A stretch of 64,000 bases of DNA from the human T2T-CHM13v2.0 reference genome, Homo sapiens: the NCBI RefSeq assembly GCF_009914755.1, contig NC_060944.1; one strand, written 5' to 3'. Position 1 is the first letter of the stretch. The number at the start of each line of letters is the position of its first letter. The translations under genes were made by a program, and so were the position numbers. Positions 1 to 22,222 of this stretch are shown piece by piece. Under the pieces are notes generated by a model. It saw nothing but the letters and a program-made list of their open reading frames with translations, ran no database searches and had not been told where the DNA came from.

Positions 1-416
<416 letters not shown>

Positions 417-859
417 AAGGGGTGACGGAGCACCTGTGGGGACCTCCAGGGGGCTGGCCGGTCAGTTGTTGATGCCCCTCTTTAAAGTGGAGGTGCAGCT
501 CATAGCAGTATGTTTGGATACCATGGGTGGTTCCCAACGCTAGAACACAGCTTTGTAACTGCAAAGTACTGTGCGCAACCCATCCCTTCCCATCCCTGAG
601 TGATGAAGGGACAGGGTGAGTCCCCTTCACCCAGGGCAGTGGGCTGCAGACCCTGGAATCCTAGACTGTGTGAGCTGTAGGAAACCTTAAAGACCCCTTT
701 TCTAGCCAACCCCCACATTGCGCAGACAGGGAAACAGGCCCAGAGATTAACAGGGCCCAGCCTCAGATGATGTAGTGAGTTAGGGGCCCGATGAGGACCA
801 GTCAGCAGCCTCTGTGCCCCAGTTTTCTAAAGTAGGGGTGTAGGGGACAGCGGGAAGCC

Positions 860-1165
860 TGCAGGAGTCCAACAGACCCAGGTTCGTATCCTAGCTCTGC
901 TACTTACCAGAGGAACTAGAGCCTCAGTTCCCTCATCTTTCAATCAGAAGTAATAATACCCTTTGGGAGGTTGAGGTGGGAGGATCACTTGAGGCCAGGA
1001 GTTTGAGACCAGCCAGGGCAACATAGCAAGAACCCTGTCTCTACAAAAAGTGAAAAAATTAGCAGGGTGTTGTGACACATGCCTGTAATCTCAGTTCCTT
1101 GGGAGGCTGAGATGGGGGAACCGCTTGAGGCTGGAGTTTAAGGCTGCAGTGAGCCATGATTGCAT
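860..1165 (+). mobile_element. MIR fragment followed by truncated AluJ
   Basis: MIR core (GGTTCGTATCCTAGCTCTGC...GAGCCTCAGTTCCCTCATCT), then Alu from ~961 with J-type GGAGGATCACTTGAGGCCAGG. Confidence 0.75.
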
Positions 1166-2011
1166 CAGGGCTGGAGTACAGTTGACCTTCAGTGAATGGT
1201 GTTCCCCTTTAAAATGTGATTCTAAATGGCCATTCACTTCTTCCTGCATTGTTCATCCATTCATTCACCAGGCTTTTATTTAGCACCTGCTGTATACCAG
1301 GCTCTGAGCTGGGCATGTGGTCATGACTCAGAAACGTCTTTGTCCTCAAGGGACTCAGAGTGTGGGAGAGAAGACTCCAGAGTTGCTGGAGGGGTGACTC
1401 AAGCACCATGTAGCCCTGAGAGTCAGAAGAAAGGGCATTTGGGCCCAGCTACTGAGATAAATAGGAGTTCCCTTGGCAATCAAGGAAAGGGAGAACATTC
1501 CAGGCAGAAGATATGGCAACCGGCTGTGGTCAGTTGAGGAGCAGGTCAGGGAGGGCCTCTGGAGGAGATGGTGTGTGTGCTGGGCCTTGCTGCAGACCCA
1601 GGGGAGGAGAAGGCCAACCAAGGCAGAGGAAACACACAAACAGCCTGGAGGGAGCGTGTCCTGGGAAGAGTGAATGGCGTGGGCTGGAGATGCTACCGCA
1701 GAAGTAGGCAGGGGCAGGTTGCCAAAGGCCTTGAATGCCAGGGAAGCAGGGCAGCCAGGGGAGGCCCTTTAGTCAAGGAGGATGTGGTTGGAGTCAGGAA
1801 GATGTGGACAGTGGTTAAGAGCATGGTCTCTGGACTTAGGCAGCCTGGGTTCGAATCCCAGCAAAGTCATGGAAGTCTGGGACATCAGAATGTGTTCTCG
1901 GAGCTCCGAAGGGCCCTTTGTCGGGGGCTTCCAGGTGGGAAGCTGGTGAGGAAGGAGACACGGGGATCTGGGCAAGGTCAGACTTAGGGGCCAAGCCAGG
2001 AGGCTTGGGCT

Positions 2012-2480
2012 TTATCTTAGTTTGAGTTTTCCTGGAGATGCTGAGACAAGGATTGTGGGGGTTTGTTTGGGAGATAATCCCCGGAAACTATGGTAGGGGA
2101 GTGAGAAAGGGAAGAACAGGGAGGAGGGCAACAACAATCCTTATTGTTATCCAGGCAGTTATCCCTGTTGACAGCTGGGCTCAGCTCCGCTAAAGACCCC
2201 TGGAGGACCAAGCAGAATACACAAGGCAGAGTTATCTGCACCCGAGGACTAAGCGGGCGGGATGTTTATCCACCAGCTCCCCATCCGTCATTGGTTGAGG
2301 GCTGCTTCCGCGGGCATCATCTCCCGGATATTTCCTGCTTGGCCCGTGTCCAAGCTGAGCTTGTTCCTGCAGGCAGTCACAAGCATTTGCAGTAGGCATC
2401 TGCCACAGGTTTCATCCTGCCATTGCCTTTGCGGGAAGAGGGACCACCCAATGCCTGTGCTGGGGGAACCCTCAGAGTAA
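2012..2480 (-). mobile_element. Old ERVL LTR (LTR16-like)
   Basis: Starts TCTTAGTTTGAGTTTTCC...GCTGAGACAAGGATT...TTTGTTTGGGAGATAATCCC, resembling the reversed end of LTR16-type LTRs. Confidence 0.5.
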
Positions 2481-2654
2481 GAAGCCCCTGTGGGCTCTTT
2501 GCACAGCCTGGGCTCACCTTTCCCCAGGCGTCTAGCACTGAGGTCAGGTCAGGTCATGCCTGCTGGGAAAACTTTGAGGACTCCCAGGAGCCTGCAGCTT
2601 ATTATATTTTAAAATAAAGTTTTGCAATAGATATATATTCACATGATTAAAATT

Positions 2655-3200
<546 letters not shown>

Positions 3201-3218
3201 TAAAAGACTTATTTTTTT

Positions 3219-3253
3219 CATGTATCCCAGAACTTAAAGTAAAATAAAAAAAA
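3219..3253 (+). mobile_element. Extreme 3' tip of L1PA
   Basis: CATGTATCCCAGAACTTAAAGTAAAATAAAAAAA matches the L1PA terminus. Confidence 0.75.
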
Positions 3254-3303
3254 TTTTTTTAAGACTTTTTTTTTTTAACTCTTTTTTTTTTTTTTTAACT
3301 CTA

Positions 3304-3963
<660 letters not shown>

Positions 3964-4303
3964 TTATTGGGTACCCTTCCACTGATAGGCAAATACGAAT
4001 AAAATTCTTGGACCCCTCTTTTAGAGGATTGGTAGCTGCATACTGTAGCAGATGCTGTCAGTGCCCTGCCTCTACCACCTCAAGCTCAGTTTGGTTTATG
4101 CCAGCCACTTCCTTCTGGAAAAACCTGCATTTCTCCAGCTGAGGGCTTTCTTTCAGCCTGCACTGGGAGGGTGGAAGTGCTGGGGTGTTCATTTCCCCAG
4201 GGGCAGCCCTCAGCCATTGCAGAAGGAAGTGGAGAATACGGACCCCAACTCCCTCGCCCTTCCATGGGATAACTCTGAGATATGTGTTCTACCTGAAGTG
4301 TAG

Positions 4304-4714
4304 ATGTGATAATCCAATTTTGCATCACTATAAAGAAATATCTGAGGCTGAGTAATGTATAAAGAAAAGAGCTTTAATTGGCTTACAGTTCTGCAAGCTA
4401 TACAAGCATAGCTCCAGCATCTGCTTCTGATGAGGGCCTCAGGAAGCTTCCAATCATGGCTGAAGGTGAAGGGAAAGCAGGCAGTGTCATATGGCAAGAG
4501 AGGGAGTGTGGGGGATAGGGGAGGTGCCACACCCTTTTAAACAACCTGGTGAACTACCAGAGTGAGAATTCACTCATCACTATGGGAATGGTGCTAAGCC
4601 ATTCTTGAGGGACGTGCCCCCATGATCCAAACACCTCCCACCAAACCCCACCTCCAACACAGGGGATCCCATTCCAACATGAGATTTGCAGGGGACAAAC
4701 ATCCAAACCATATC
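4304..4714 (-). mobile_element. MST/THE1-type MaLR LTR
   Basis: TATAAAGAAATATCTGAGGCTG..AAGAAAAGAG..TTAATTGGCTTACAGTTCTGC...CCCATGATCCAAACACCTCCC...ATCCAAACCATATCA. Confidence 0.85.
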
Positions 4715-4840
4715 AGCAGAGTTCCCAGCGGGGTTAAGCCTGGGTGCCACAGCGAGGTTGTGCAGCCTTCATTGGCTCTCCTTGTGTCCCCATCCCCACA
4801 CTGTACTTCCTGGGATCACCTCCCAAATAGATTCAAATTC

Positions 4841-4841
4841 T

Positions 4842-4873
<32 letters not shown>

Positions 4874-5153
4874 GAGACAGAGTCTTGTTCTGTTGCCCAG
4901 GCTGGAATGCAGTGGGATGATCTCAGCTCACTGCAACCTCCGCCTCCTGGGTTCAAGCAATTCTCCTGCCTCATCCTCCAAGTAGCTGGGACTACAGGCA
5001 TGCGCCATCGCACCCAGCTAATTTTTGTATTTTTAGTAGAAATGGGGTTTCACTATGTTGGCCAGGCTGGTCTCAAACTCGTGACCTCAGGTGATCCGCC
5101 CACCTCAGCCTCCCAAAGTGCAGGATTATAGACGTGGGCCACCGTGCCTGGCC
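4841..5153 (-). mobile_element. AluS with (TTTTG)n tail
   Basis: Antisense Alu consensus. Confidence 0.9.
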
Positions 5154-6717
5154 TTCAATTCAAATTCTTGTCTGAGGGTCTGCTTCTCGGAGAACCCAAA
5201 TCAGACAGATGCCCTGACCCCGTTCTGCCCCTTGCTGTGTTCACTTTACAGTACCTTTGGAGAGCTTTCCACATCAGTACACTCAGTGCCACCTTATTCT
5301 TTTTGACAGCTGCATAGCAGTCCATGGGGTGCTGGGTGATCTTTTACCCGGTCTCCTCATGGACAGCCTTTTGGGATGTTTTCAGCCCTTTGCTAATACA
5401 AATATTATGTCAGGAAAGGCCCCACACACCCATCATTTCCCACGTGCATAAGGCAAGGCCGCTGGTAATTCCTAGAAGCGGAATTGCTGGCACCCATGGC
5501 CTTTGGGGTCTCCTCTATTTTGATGGCTGATGGCCTACAGTTTAAATCCAGAGTTCCTAGAGGGGCAGGGGGCATCAAGCCCTCCAGGATCTGAGCCCAG
5601 GCATTTGCTTCCCTGTCTCCCTCAAAGCCCATGCCCACCACATGGACAATCTGCTGTCCCCCAGCACTCCCTGAATCCCTCGCCTTTGGCCATGATTTTG
5701 TCTCTACTTATCCCTTTTTATGAAACACTCTTCCCTGTACCTTTGTCTGTGGAAATCTTACTTGTCCTCAGAGATCTGGCTGAAATACCGTCTCCTCTGG
5801 GGACCCTTCCTGGTGCCCCTGTGAGTATTAATCTCTGTCTTCACTGGGCTGCACATCCTGGCTTCGACACTCCAGGATTTATTTTTATGTGTTCTCCAAG
5901 TGCTGTGTGTATTTCTGCCTCCCTCCACTTGTCCACAAGCTCTTTAAGGGCTGAGGCCATCTGAGTCACAGAGCAGGCTCCATAAATGTTGGAAGAATTG
6001 AATTAAATGTGCTGGCAATTGCTGCATTCTGACCATTTTGTTCTGCTGTTTGCCAGCATGACCTTCCAGGATGGTTCCCCAGTGGGGGCCGGAATGAAAC
6101 AGGGCGAGGCAGGTGGCCTCCAGAATCCGCCTGCCCTGCAGTCAGAGCTCTGAGGCTAGAGGGCAGGGCAGCATGGACAGCCTTTGCACAGTCCTCCCCT
6201 AAGAGGCATCTCCCAGCCTGTCAGACGAAGGTTTTGGTGAGCCCACAGTTAGAGGCTGTGTCCCCTGAGCATGGCCCAGGCTCAGGGTTCTGTGAGGTGG
6301 TGGCCAACTGGACATTGTCTCCTGAGAGCTGAGAAGCAGCACAGGAAGCTCATTAGTGGCGTGGGCTCTGGAGCCAAATTGCCTGGGTTCAAATCCCAGC
6401 TCTGACACCTGTGTGACCTTGTACAAATCATTTCTCTCTATGCCTCTGTTCTCTTTCTATAGAACGGGACCAACAATGAGACCTCCTTCATAGGGCTGAT
6501 TGGAGGATTCAAAAAGATCATCCAAACAAAGTGCTTACGTGTATGTAGGAAGCATCTGATCAGTAAGCTCTGAAAAGGTCTTGATTCACAAGACTTTTGG
6601 GAGTTCATGTAACAACCGCAGCACCTCTTTATTGAGCACCTACTAGAGACCTTATGGGGTGCTCTCTGTGTACACTCATACTGGAGCTTACAGATACATC
6701 CTCCAGGTGAAACGCCT

Positions 6718-7735
<1,018 letters not shown>

Positions 7736-8637
7736 AAGTGAAGTGTCTGATACATGCTTCCCATGTTAAGAAACCAAGGCTCAGAGAGGCCAGCTGACAT
7801 GCATAGGGTCACACCATGGGGAAGAAGTAGAGTGAGATTTATACCCAGGTCAAATAGGGTCCAGACCTGTTCTCTTCCCCCTTTAAGGATGCCTGGTTTA
7901 CAAGCTCTTTCCTATCCAGCTGGTCCCGTTTGCCCCTCACAAGAGCCCCACACCGTTGGGATAATCATCTCCAGTTTCAAATGAAGAAAACTGAGATGAA
8001 AAAGGTGACTTGCCTGAGGTCACAAGGTGAGTTAGCCAGGACTGGGGTCCCAGCCCCCACAAGCACAACAACAAACCCTGCTTGAAAACAGCAGCCAAGG
8101 GGGTGATCCTGGTCCATCCAGACCCTGCTGGAATGGGAAGGCGGAAAGATGAGTGCCTGCGTCGTCCCCCTTCCCAGCCCTATAGTTGTCCCAGTGGTGA
8201 CCTGGAGAGCCATCTCTAGGGCTGATCGGTGCCCGCCCTGCAGCTGTGGCCAGCTGTCCCCCACCAGCTCTTCTGCAAGGCCCCAGGAATGTCCATACCA
8301 GGGTGGTTTTTGGTATTTATTCATCAGCAAAAAGTTGTTTCTGTTGACTAGCACTTCTCCAAGCATGGCCAGGCTGCTGATTCTCCAGCCTGAGTGTGCA
8401 GAAAGCTCAGGATCAGGAGAACTGAGCCCTCCACCTGCTGTGTGACCTTGGGCAAGTGTCAGCCCCTGCTTGAGCCCAGTTAGCAAAGTGGAGCGTGAGA
8501 GAGTTGGATCAGACATGAGAGGTTTGGTGCTGGGTGACATTCCACAACTCACAGGCTTTAGAGAGTATTCCATGGGGGCTCCAGGGGGCAGAGGCCCTGT
8601 TCCTGTCCCCCTCCAGTTCCATGTAAGCCTCATGGGA

Positions 8638-9175
<538 letters not shown>

Positions 9176-9965
9176 CGTCCAGAGAGCGCTGGCCTAGGAG
9201 TCCAGAGGTCTGGGTACAAATTGCAGCTGCCACCAATATGTTGTGTGACTAGGCCAAATCTCAGTCCCTCTCTGAACTTCTAGATGGCTAAATAGAGACA
9301 GTGCCCGGCCCTGTCTGGCTCTAGAGCCCATCCTTCCTCTAGCACCCTGACCTCCTTGTGTAGGTGGGACTCATTGTTAGGGATAGTAACAGCAATACTT
9401 GCGTATTTGCTGTATGCCAGCCTCTGTGCTGAGAACCATCTGTCTGTGTTACCTCGTTGATCTCTCCCAACAACCCTTTGAGGACACTGGGGCTCAGGGA
9501 GGTTAGGTAAGTGGCTCAAGGTCACACAGCAAGTAAATGTTGGCACCAGGATTCAAACTCAAGAAGGCTGGCTCCAGAGCCACATTCCCAGCCTCCACGC
9601 CATACACACACATACACTATCTCCAGGGGCAGGCTCCTACTCAACCTCCCCTGGGGCCAGCAGAGGGAGTGGCACTGAAGCCTGGAATCTCAAGTGGTGG
9701 TCCCCAGGTGAGGCCTGGAGATGGAGGGGAGGGGCCAGCCATGATCATCATCAGGATCACCCTCTCATCCCCTCAACTCAGACTTTTCCTAGGTGAGGAT
9801 GGGGGAACCTGATTCCCCAGGGGTTGAAGGGGTCTTGGCTTGGGAGTCCAGGGAAGAAGCTCAGACCAGACTCATATGCTTTATGTCAGCCACAGACCTG
9901 TCTTCCTTTGCTGTATGTCCCCATGGTCCTTTATGCTTGGGATGAGCGTATAATTCATTATCTAA

Positions 9966-10292
<327 letters not shown>

Positions 10293-10784
10293 TGACATTT
10301 TTGAGAATGAAACAGCACTAACCATCGGGGACTCCAGGACAGTTGGTGGAACCCGGGCGAACCAGGATGTCTGTCGCCCTCTCCATGCACCACCATGTAT
10401 AGAGGGCCAGCTCTGTACAGAGTCGTTGCTTCTGGCTCAGAGGGACACTTAGGTTAATCTGTGACTCCTCAGGTGGGAGCTCCCATCATGGGGAACCCAG
10501 AGGAGGCCTTACCCCCGACTTTTAAGGTCAGGGAAGATTTCTTGGAGCAGGGTGTGTCTTCTCTGAGCTTCAAGGATTTTAAGCAGGGAAAGGCTTGGCT
10601 AAGGATAGGGTGTTTTAAGGAATGTTCTCAGGAACAGAAACGCCAGCCTAGCCTGTGTGGGATTCAGACATGGAGAAGAAGCAAAAAAGAGGTGTGGAGA
10701 GGCCTATCCATCAACTCCCTTCTCTCCCATCGGGCAGCTGCAGCTCTCCAGCTCCCCTCCCTTTGAGGCTCTGTCTGACTACCT

Positions 10785-11210
10785 CATTCATTGAACAAGT
10801 GTTGATTGTGCACCTACTAGGTGCCAACTCTACGCTTAGCACCAGGGATAGAGTGGAAAATGAAACAGGTGCGGTCCCTCCCCTCTTGGAGCTCACAGAG
10901 CGCGGGAGGCACTAATCAAGTATGTGAGGAGCCAAGCAGGATAATCAGAGACCCTGGTCAGGTTTGGAAAACAATCAGGAGGGGTGTTGAGAGAACGCAG
11001 TGGGAGGGAGGTGACTTCTAGACACAGGGGTCTGGGGTGGCCTCTGAGGAGGTGACGTTTAATCAGGGATCTAAATCAATAGAGGCAGCCGAGTATGTGA
11101 AGTGTTGAGGGGTGGATGGAACAGCATGGGCAAAGGCCCCATGGCAGGCAAGAGCTGGGAGCGCTGGGGAAGTAACTAAGGAGGAGACTGGCATGGCTTT
11201 GGTGGGCTGA
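10785..11210 (-). mobile_element. L2 3' end
   Basis: CATTCATTGAACAAG..TTGATTGTGCACCTACTAGGTGCCA...CCTCTGAGGAGGTGACGTTT...CAAAGGCCC. Confidence 0.7.
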
Positions 11211-11227
11211 GCAGGCTGGAGTTTGAG

Positions 11228-11564
<337 letters not shown>

Positions 11565-11629
11565 TGAGGGTAGACCTGGAAGCATTTTAGGGGTACTGGG
11601 TGAAGCGATCCCATTTGAGGTTTGGTGGG

Positions 11630-12277
<648 letters not shown>

Positions 12278-12977
12278 CATTTGGGGTTTTTGAAGGACAA
12301 CCTTGGTTCCATCTCTGTAGTCCCTTTGTTCTGAGAGTCTAGAAGACTTCAGTTCTTAGGTCTGTGTTTTCTTATCTTTTCGGTGTCTACCACACAAAGA
12401 TGAGTGCTGCATATGGAGCCCCTGTGACCCACAGAGTCTCTGCTGAAGCCAGGCAGGTTTCAATGGGGGTGGGGTCACAGAGAGGCCAAGTAAGCAGCCC
12501 TGTCCCTACCGAGCCCCCACCCCCTGAGGAGCTGTGACATCCACATCCTGGGCCCTGTGTTCAGAGTTCACTGTCAGGATGGGCCTGGGAATTCACTTCT
12601 CATGGTTGTCTTCAAGTGGAGGAGGGACCCGAGGTGGGAGCAGTGTCAGTCACACGTCCCCAGCAGCCATGGCCTGCTATCTGGTTGACCAAACAACTAG
12701 TTGATTGAATATCATGCTTTTCAGACAGTTGCTATGGACACGGACTTAGGCTGGAAACAATTCAGACCTTGAATGCATCAGGATTATGGAGCTGTCTTAG
12801 ATGGAAGGAATCCCGGAATCTCAACTCAGCCTGGTGGGCAGGGCCATGGGATGTGGGCTCAAGGATCAGGCTCGGATTCATACCCAGCGCCACCCCCTTC
12901 TGGATGTGGGGCCTAGAGAGGTGACTTCAGCCATTGAGCTGCTGCTTCTCCTCTAACATGGGTAGATTCGTGACCTA

Positions 12978-13295
12978 TTTCTTTCTTTCTTTTTTTTTTC
13001 TTTTTTTTGAGATAGGGTCTTACTCTTGTCACCTAGACTGGAGTGCAGTGGCAAAATCATGGCTCACTGTAGTCTCGACCTCCTTGACTCAAGCAATCCT
13101 CTCATCTCAGCCTCCTGAACAGCTGGGACTACAGCTGCGTGCCACCATACCCAGCTAATTTTCTCATGCTTTATTTTTTGTAGAGATGGGGTCCTCGTTA
13201 TGTTGCCCAGGCTGGTTTTGAACTCCTGGCCTCAAGTGATCTTCCTGCTCAGCCCAAAGTGCTGGGATTATAGGTGTGAGCCACTGTACTTGGCC
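12978..13295 (-). mobile_element. AluJ
   Basis: Antisense Alu; TSD GTGACCTATTTCT on both sides. Confidence 0.88.
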
Positions 13296-13299
13296 CTCA

Positions 13300-13826
13300 G
13301 TGACCTATTTCTGCATAGTAAATCACCCCAAAACTTGGCCATGGTTTCCAGCAATAAATATGTATCATCTCACAGAGCTTCTAGGGGTCAGGAATCGGGT
13401 AATGGCTCAGGGTCTTTCATGAGATGCAGTCAAGTTGTCAGCTACTGCCATCTGAAGTCCTACTTCAGGGGCTACTGCCATCCGAAGTCCTAACTGGGGC
13501 TGCAGGATCCCCTTCCAAGGTGGCTCACCCACAGGGTTGGCAAGTTAGTGCTGGCTGTTGGCAGGAGGCCTCAGTTCCTTCCACACGGCCCTCTCCTTAG
13601 GACTACTTGAGTGTCCTCACAACATGGCGGCTAACTTCTCCAAGGGAGCAAAGCAGAAGCTGCAGTGTCTTTCCTGACCTAGCCTCAGAGGTCACACTTG
13701 GTCATCTCCACAATATCCTATTGGTGACACCGGTCAACCCTGCACATGTTAAGGGAGAGGGGTGTACACAAGGATGGGACTTCAGGAGGTGGGGACCACC
13801 AGGGTGTATCTTGGAGGCTGGCTGCC
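13300..13826 (-). mobile_element. MLT1-type MaLR LTR
   Basis: AAATCACCCCAAAACTTGG...TCTCACAG..TTCT..GGGTCAGGAAT...TTCCAAGGTGGCTCAC...ATCTTGGAGGCTGGCTGCCA. Confidence 0.75.
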
Positions 13827-14423
13827 ATGGTGGATGCAATATTCCCAGCAGGAGGAGTTGTAGTGAGGATTAAATGAGCTCACATATGTGAAGCACCTGG
13901 TATACAATAAGCACTCAATAAAGGATCACACACAGCTCTCCCCACTAGCCTGATTGGCTTGAGTGGAAAACTTAACTACCCTGTAGCTGCCTCACTTTCT
14001 GGATCATTTCTTGGCGTCCCCAAGGCCTTCCACCACTCTTTCATTCAACACAATCTTCATGAACACCTACTATATCCAAGCCCCGTGCTGGATGCTAGAG
14101 ACGCAGTGGTGGCAGAGACACAGTCTGTACTTGCTGTTCCAGGCTGCTTCGGGCATACATCAGAGCAGAGAGGGGCTGGCAGACGAGGAGCTGCTTTGGA
14201 CAGTGTGGTCAGGGATCGCCTCTCAGTGGATGTAGCCTGTGAGCCAAGTCCTGAATGAAGTGAGGGGGCATTGTGTGGACACAGGAGGGAAGAGCACTCC
14301 AGGCAGCTGGATCAGGTAGGGCAAAAGCAGGAGCAAACCATCCATGTCCCAAGGACAGAATGAAGACCCAAGGGAAGAGGGGCAGGAAATGAGGTCGGGA
14401 AAGCCAGAAGAAGACTGGTTTTT

Positions 14424-15340
<917 letters not shown>

Positions 15341-15344
15341 GAGA

Positions 15345-15890
15345 ATAGGTTTTAGTCCAAGGGCCATGGGAGTCTTTGAAAGGATCTGAACAGCAGTCAT
15401 CTGAGTGAGAGATAGTGGGGACTCGGCCTGGGGCAGGGCTGTGGAGGTGGTAGGTGGAGGAACTCTGGGGATATGTGGAAGGGAGACTTGTTTTTACAGT
15501 TTGTGCTGCTGAATGGGATGCTGGGGTAGTGAAAGAGGAGTCAAGGGTACTTCCCGGTTTCTGACCTGAACAAGCAGGAGGATGATGTTGTCATGAGTAG
15601 AATCGGGGCAGACTGTGGGCGGAGCAGGTCGGGGCGGGTGAGAGATCCCGTGTTCTATCTTGGACCTGTCAGACATCCAGGGCAAGATGTCAAGGAGGCA
15701 GTTAGAGATCTGAGTCTGGCGTCTGAGAGACAGATTGGGCGGAAGATGTAAATTCAGGAGTTGTCAGATAGGTGGTGTTTAAGGCCACGCGTCAGGATGA
15801 GATCAGCAGAGGAGAGGGTGTGTTAGAGCAAGGCGGAGAGCACCCGGGTCCTCTAGCATTTAGACGTCAGAGGAGAGAAGCCAGCAAGAG
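15345..15890 (-). mobile_element. L2 fragment
   Basis: GAAAGAGGAGTCAAGGGT..TCCCGGTTTCTGACCTGAACAA...AGACATCCAG..AGATGTCAAGGAGGCAGTTAGA...TTTAAGGCCAC. Confidence 0.7.
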
Positions 15891-17047
15891 CCGGAGCAGG
15901 TATGAGAGATGTGGGTTGAGCACGGGAAGGGTGCCCAAAGACACAGCCATGGCGCAACACAGCCAGCCACTCTCTACCTTCACCCCACCCCAGGCAGCAG
16001 CAAGGCCCTGGAGGCCCCCACAGAATCCATCCTTCCCCTTCCACACATCGTCCCTTCAGAGGTCTAAGGCAGAGAATGTGTCCTCCATGGACTGCTATGT
16101 ACACCCCCAGAATGTTCGGCCATTCCACCTCACTTCATTTCTAAGCCTTCATCATCTAACTCAGCATTGAGCAGGACCACCCCTCCCTTCACTTAGACTC
16201 TCTACCTCTGTTAATGCAACCTTAGACAGAAGTAGGCTTTCTGGTAGTAACAAATATACAAGATATGAGTGGGGAATTGTAAGGGATCCAGGCTGGTTAA
16301 AGGGAAGGGCCGTCAAGAAAGGAAATGGGATTGGTAATATCTGAAAAGGTTTATGGTTAGATCAGTGAGGGTCTTGATTGCCACACCAAGCAGTTTGGAC
16401 TGAGGTGGGAAGAAGGATTCACAGAAGGTTCTGGCTTAAGGGAATGATGCAGTCAGGTGAGTTTTGTGTCAGGAAGAGCCATGCTAGGTTCTGTTCCTGG
16501 CCTTGTCCCTAATTAGCTCTCCCATGCTCACAGGCCCACTCTGGCACCACGATAAGATGAGGTAGGGCAGGGAGGTCTCACTCTGGCATGTGGGGGTGGC
16601 GGCTGCAGACACAGAGGCACCATGGAGCAGGGAGGTTCCCAGGGAGGCAGCAGCTTTGCTGGGCCCTCCACGTTTCCATAAGGGCAATGATGCTTATATT
16701 AATGAGCAGTAATTATGGGCACCCGGGTGGGCCTAAGTATAGCTCATTGAAAAAGGCAGCTCGAGGCAGCCAGCTGCTTCCCCCTGCAAGGGCAAGGCCT
16801 GCCTATTTTAAGACCTCCCTAAGGTGAGGATCCTGCCACCCTAGGTGTTGGGTGGCTGAGGGCCTGTCACCCACTGGGCCAGGAACCCTGATCAAGGGAG
16901 CTCAGAGGAGTCAGGGTGACCAGATGCTCAGACCGTCCTCATTCAAGCCCCCCATTGCCTAGAGGAGGAAACTGAGGCACAGAAGGGGGAAAGGACCAGT
17001 ACGAGGTCACAGCAAATAAATAGCAGGTTTAGAATTTAAATCCAAGG

Positions 17048-18498
<1,451 letters not shown>

Positions 18499-18587
18499 CA
18501 TCCATCTCCAGAGCCGTTCTCATTCCTCTGACCCCAGATGAGAACCAGCCCCTGCTCTCAGGAAAGTTACGGGCACATGGACTCCTG

Positions 18588-18872
18588 TTTTTTTGTTTGT
18601 TTTGTTTGTTTTTTTTTTTTTTTTGAGACAGAGTCTTGCTCTGTCACTCAGTCTGGAGTGCAGTGGCACAATCTCAGCTCACTGCAACCTCTGCCTTTCA
18701 GATTGAAGTGATTCTCCTGCCTCTGCCTCCCAAGTGGCTGGGATTATAGGCTCAAGCCACCACGTCTGGCTAATTGTTGTATTTTTAGTAGAGATGGGGT
18801 TTCGCCATATTGGGCAGGGTGGTCTCAAATTCCTGACCTCAAGTAATCCAGGCGTGAGCCACCATGCCCAGC
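18588..18872 (-). mobile_element. AluS with internal deletion in left monomer
   Basis: CTCAAGTAATC joined directly to CAGGCGTGAGCC. Confidence 0.85.
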
Positions 18873-19009
18873 CTTACACTCCTTTTCTTTATGGTGCTCA
18901 CAGGCCAGGGGATGCTGGGGGGAAGGGAAGCCATCAGTGCTAATGGGGAAGGAAAGAGCGAGTAAGTGGTCAGTCCTGGAAGAGGAGAAAAATACTACCA
19001 AAACCCCAC

Positions 19010-21520
<2,511 letters not shown>

Positions 21521-21531
21521 AAAAGGAAAAA

Positions 21532-21850
<319 letters not shown>

Positions 21851-22073
21851 AAAATACAATCCATAATATGCAGCTAATAGATACTCAGGGGAAAATATAT
21901 AGCTTTTCTGTGACACATTTATTAGAGTATAAGGAGATCAGAAAACAAATGAACTAAACGTCCAACTCAAAAAGGTGGAAAAGGTGTTAGAATAAGAAAG
22001 TGTGCTGAACCCAGCTTTAGCAGGGGTGAGGGAGGGAGGCGCCTTGCAAGAGGAGGGTTGAACCTCTAGGACT

Positions 22074-22222
22074 ATACTGTCAACCTGGTAGCCACTTGCC
22101 ACATGTGCTATTTAAATTAAATTAATTAAACTTTTTAAAAAATTAAAAATTCAGTTTCCCAGTCGCACTAGCTGCATGTCAAGTGCTCTGTGGCCCAGTG
22201 GCTACCATATTGGACAGCTCAG
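22074..22222. mobile_element. hAT-Charlie MER (MER3/MER33-like)
   Basis: CTGTC...GGTAGCCAC..GCCACATGTG...AAAATTCAGTTTCCCAGTCGCACTAGC...GTGGCTACCATATTGGACAGC. Confidence 0.75.

Larger units (their letters stand above)
4045..5208 (+). mobile_element. LTR16-like ERVL LTR interrupted by an MST LTR and an Alu
   Basis: Starts TGTAGCAGATGCTGTCAGTGCCC, ends GGAGAACCCAAATCAGACA; pieces at ~4045-4303, ~4716-4835 and ~5154-5208. Confidence 0.6.

Noticed and set aside
7977-8633. 218-aa minus-strand ORF
   Set aside because: Runs through MIR fragments; no domain or splice support visible.
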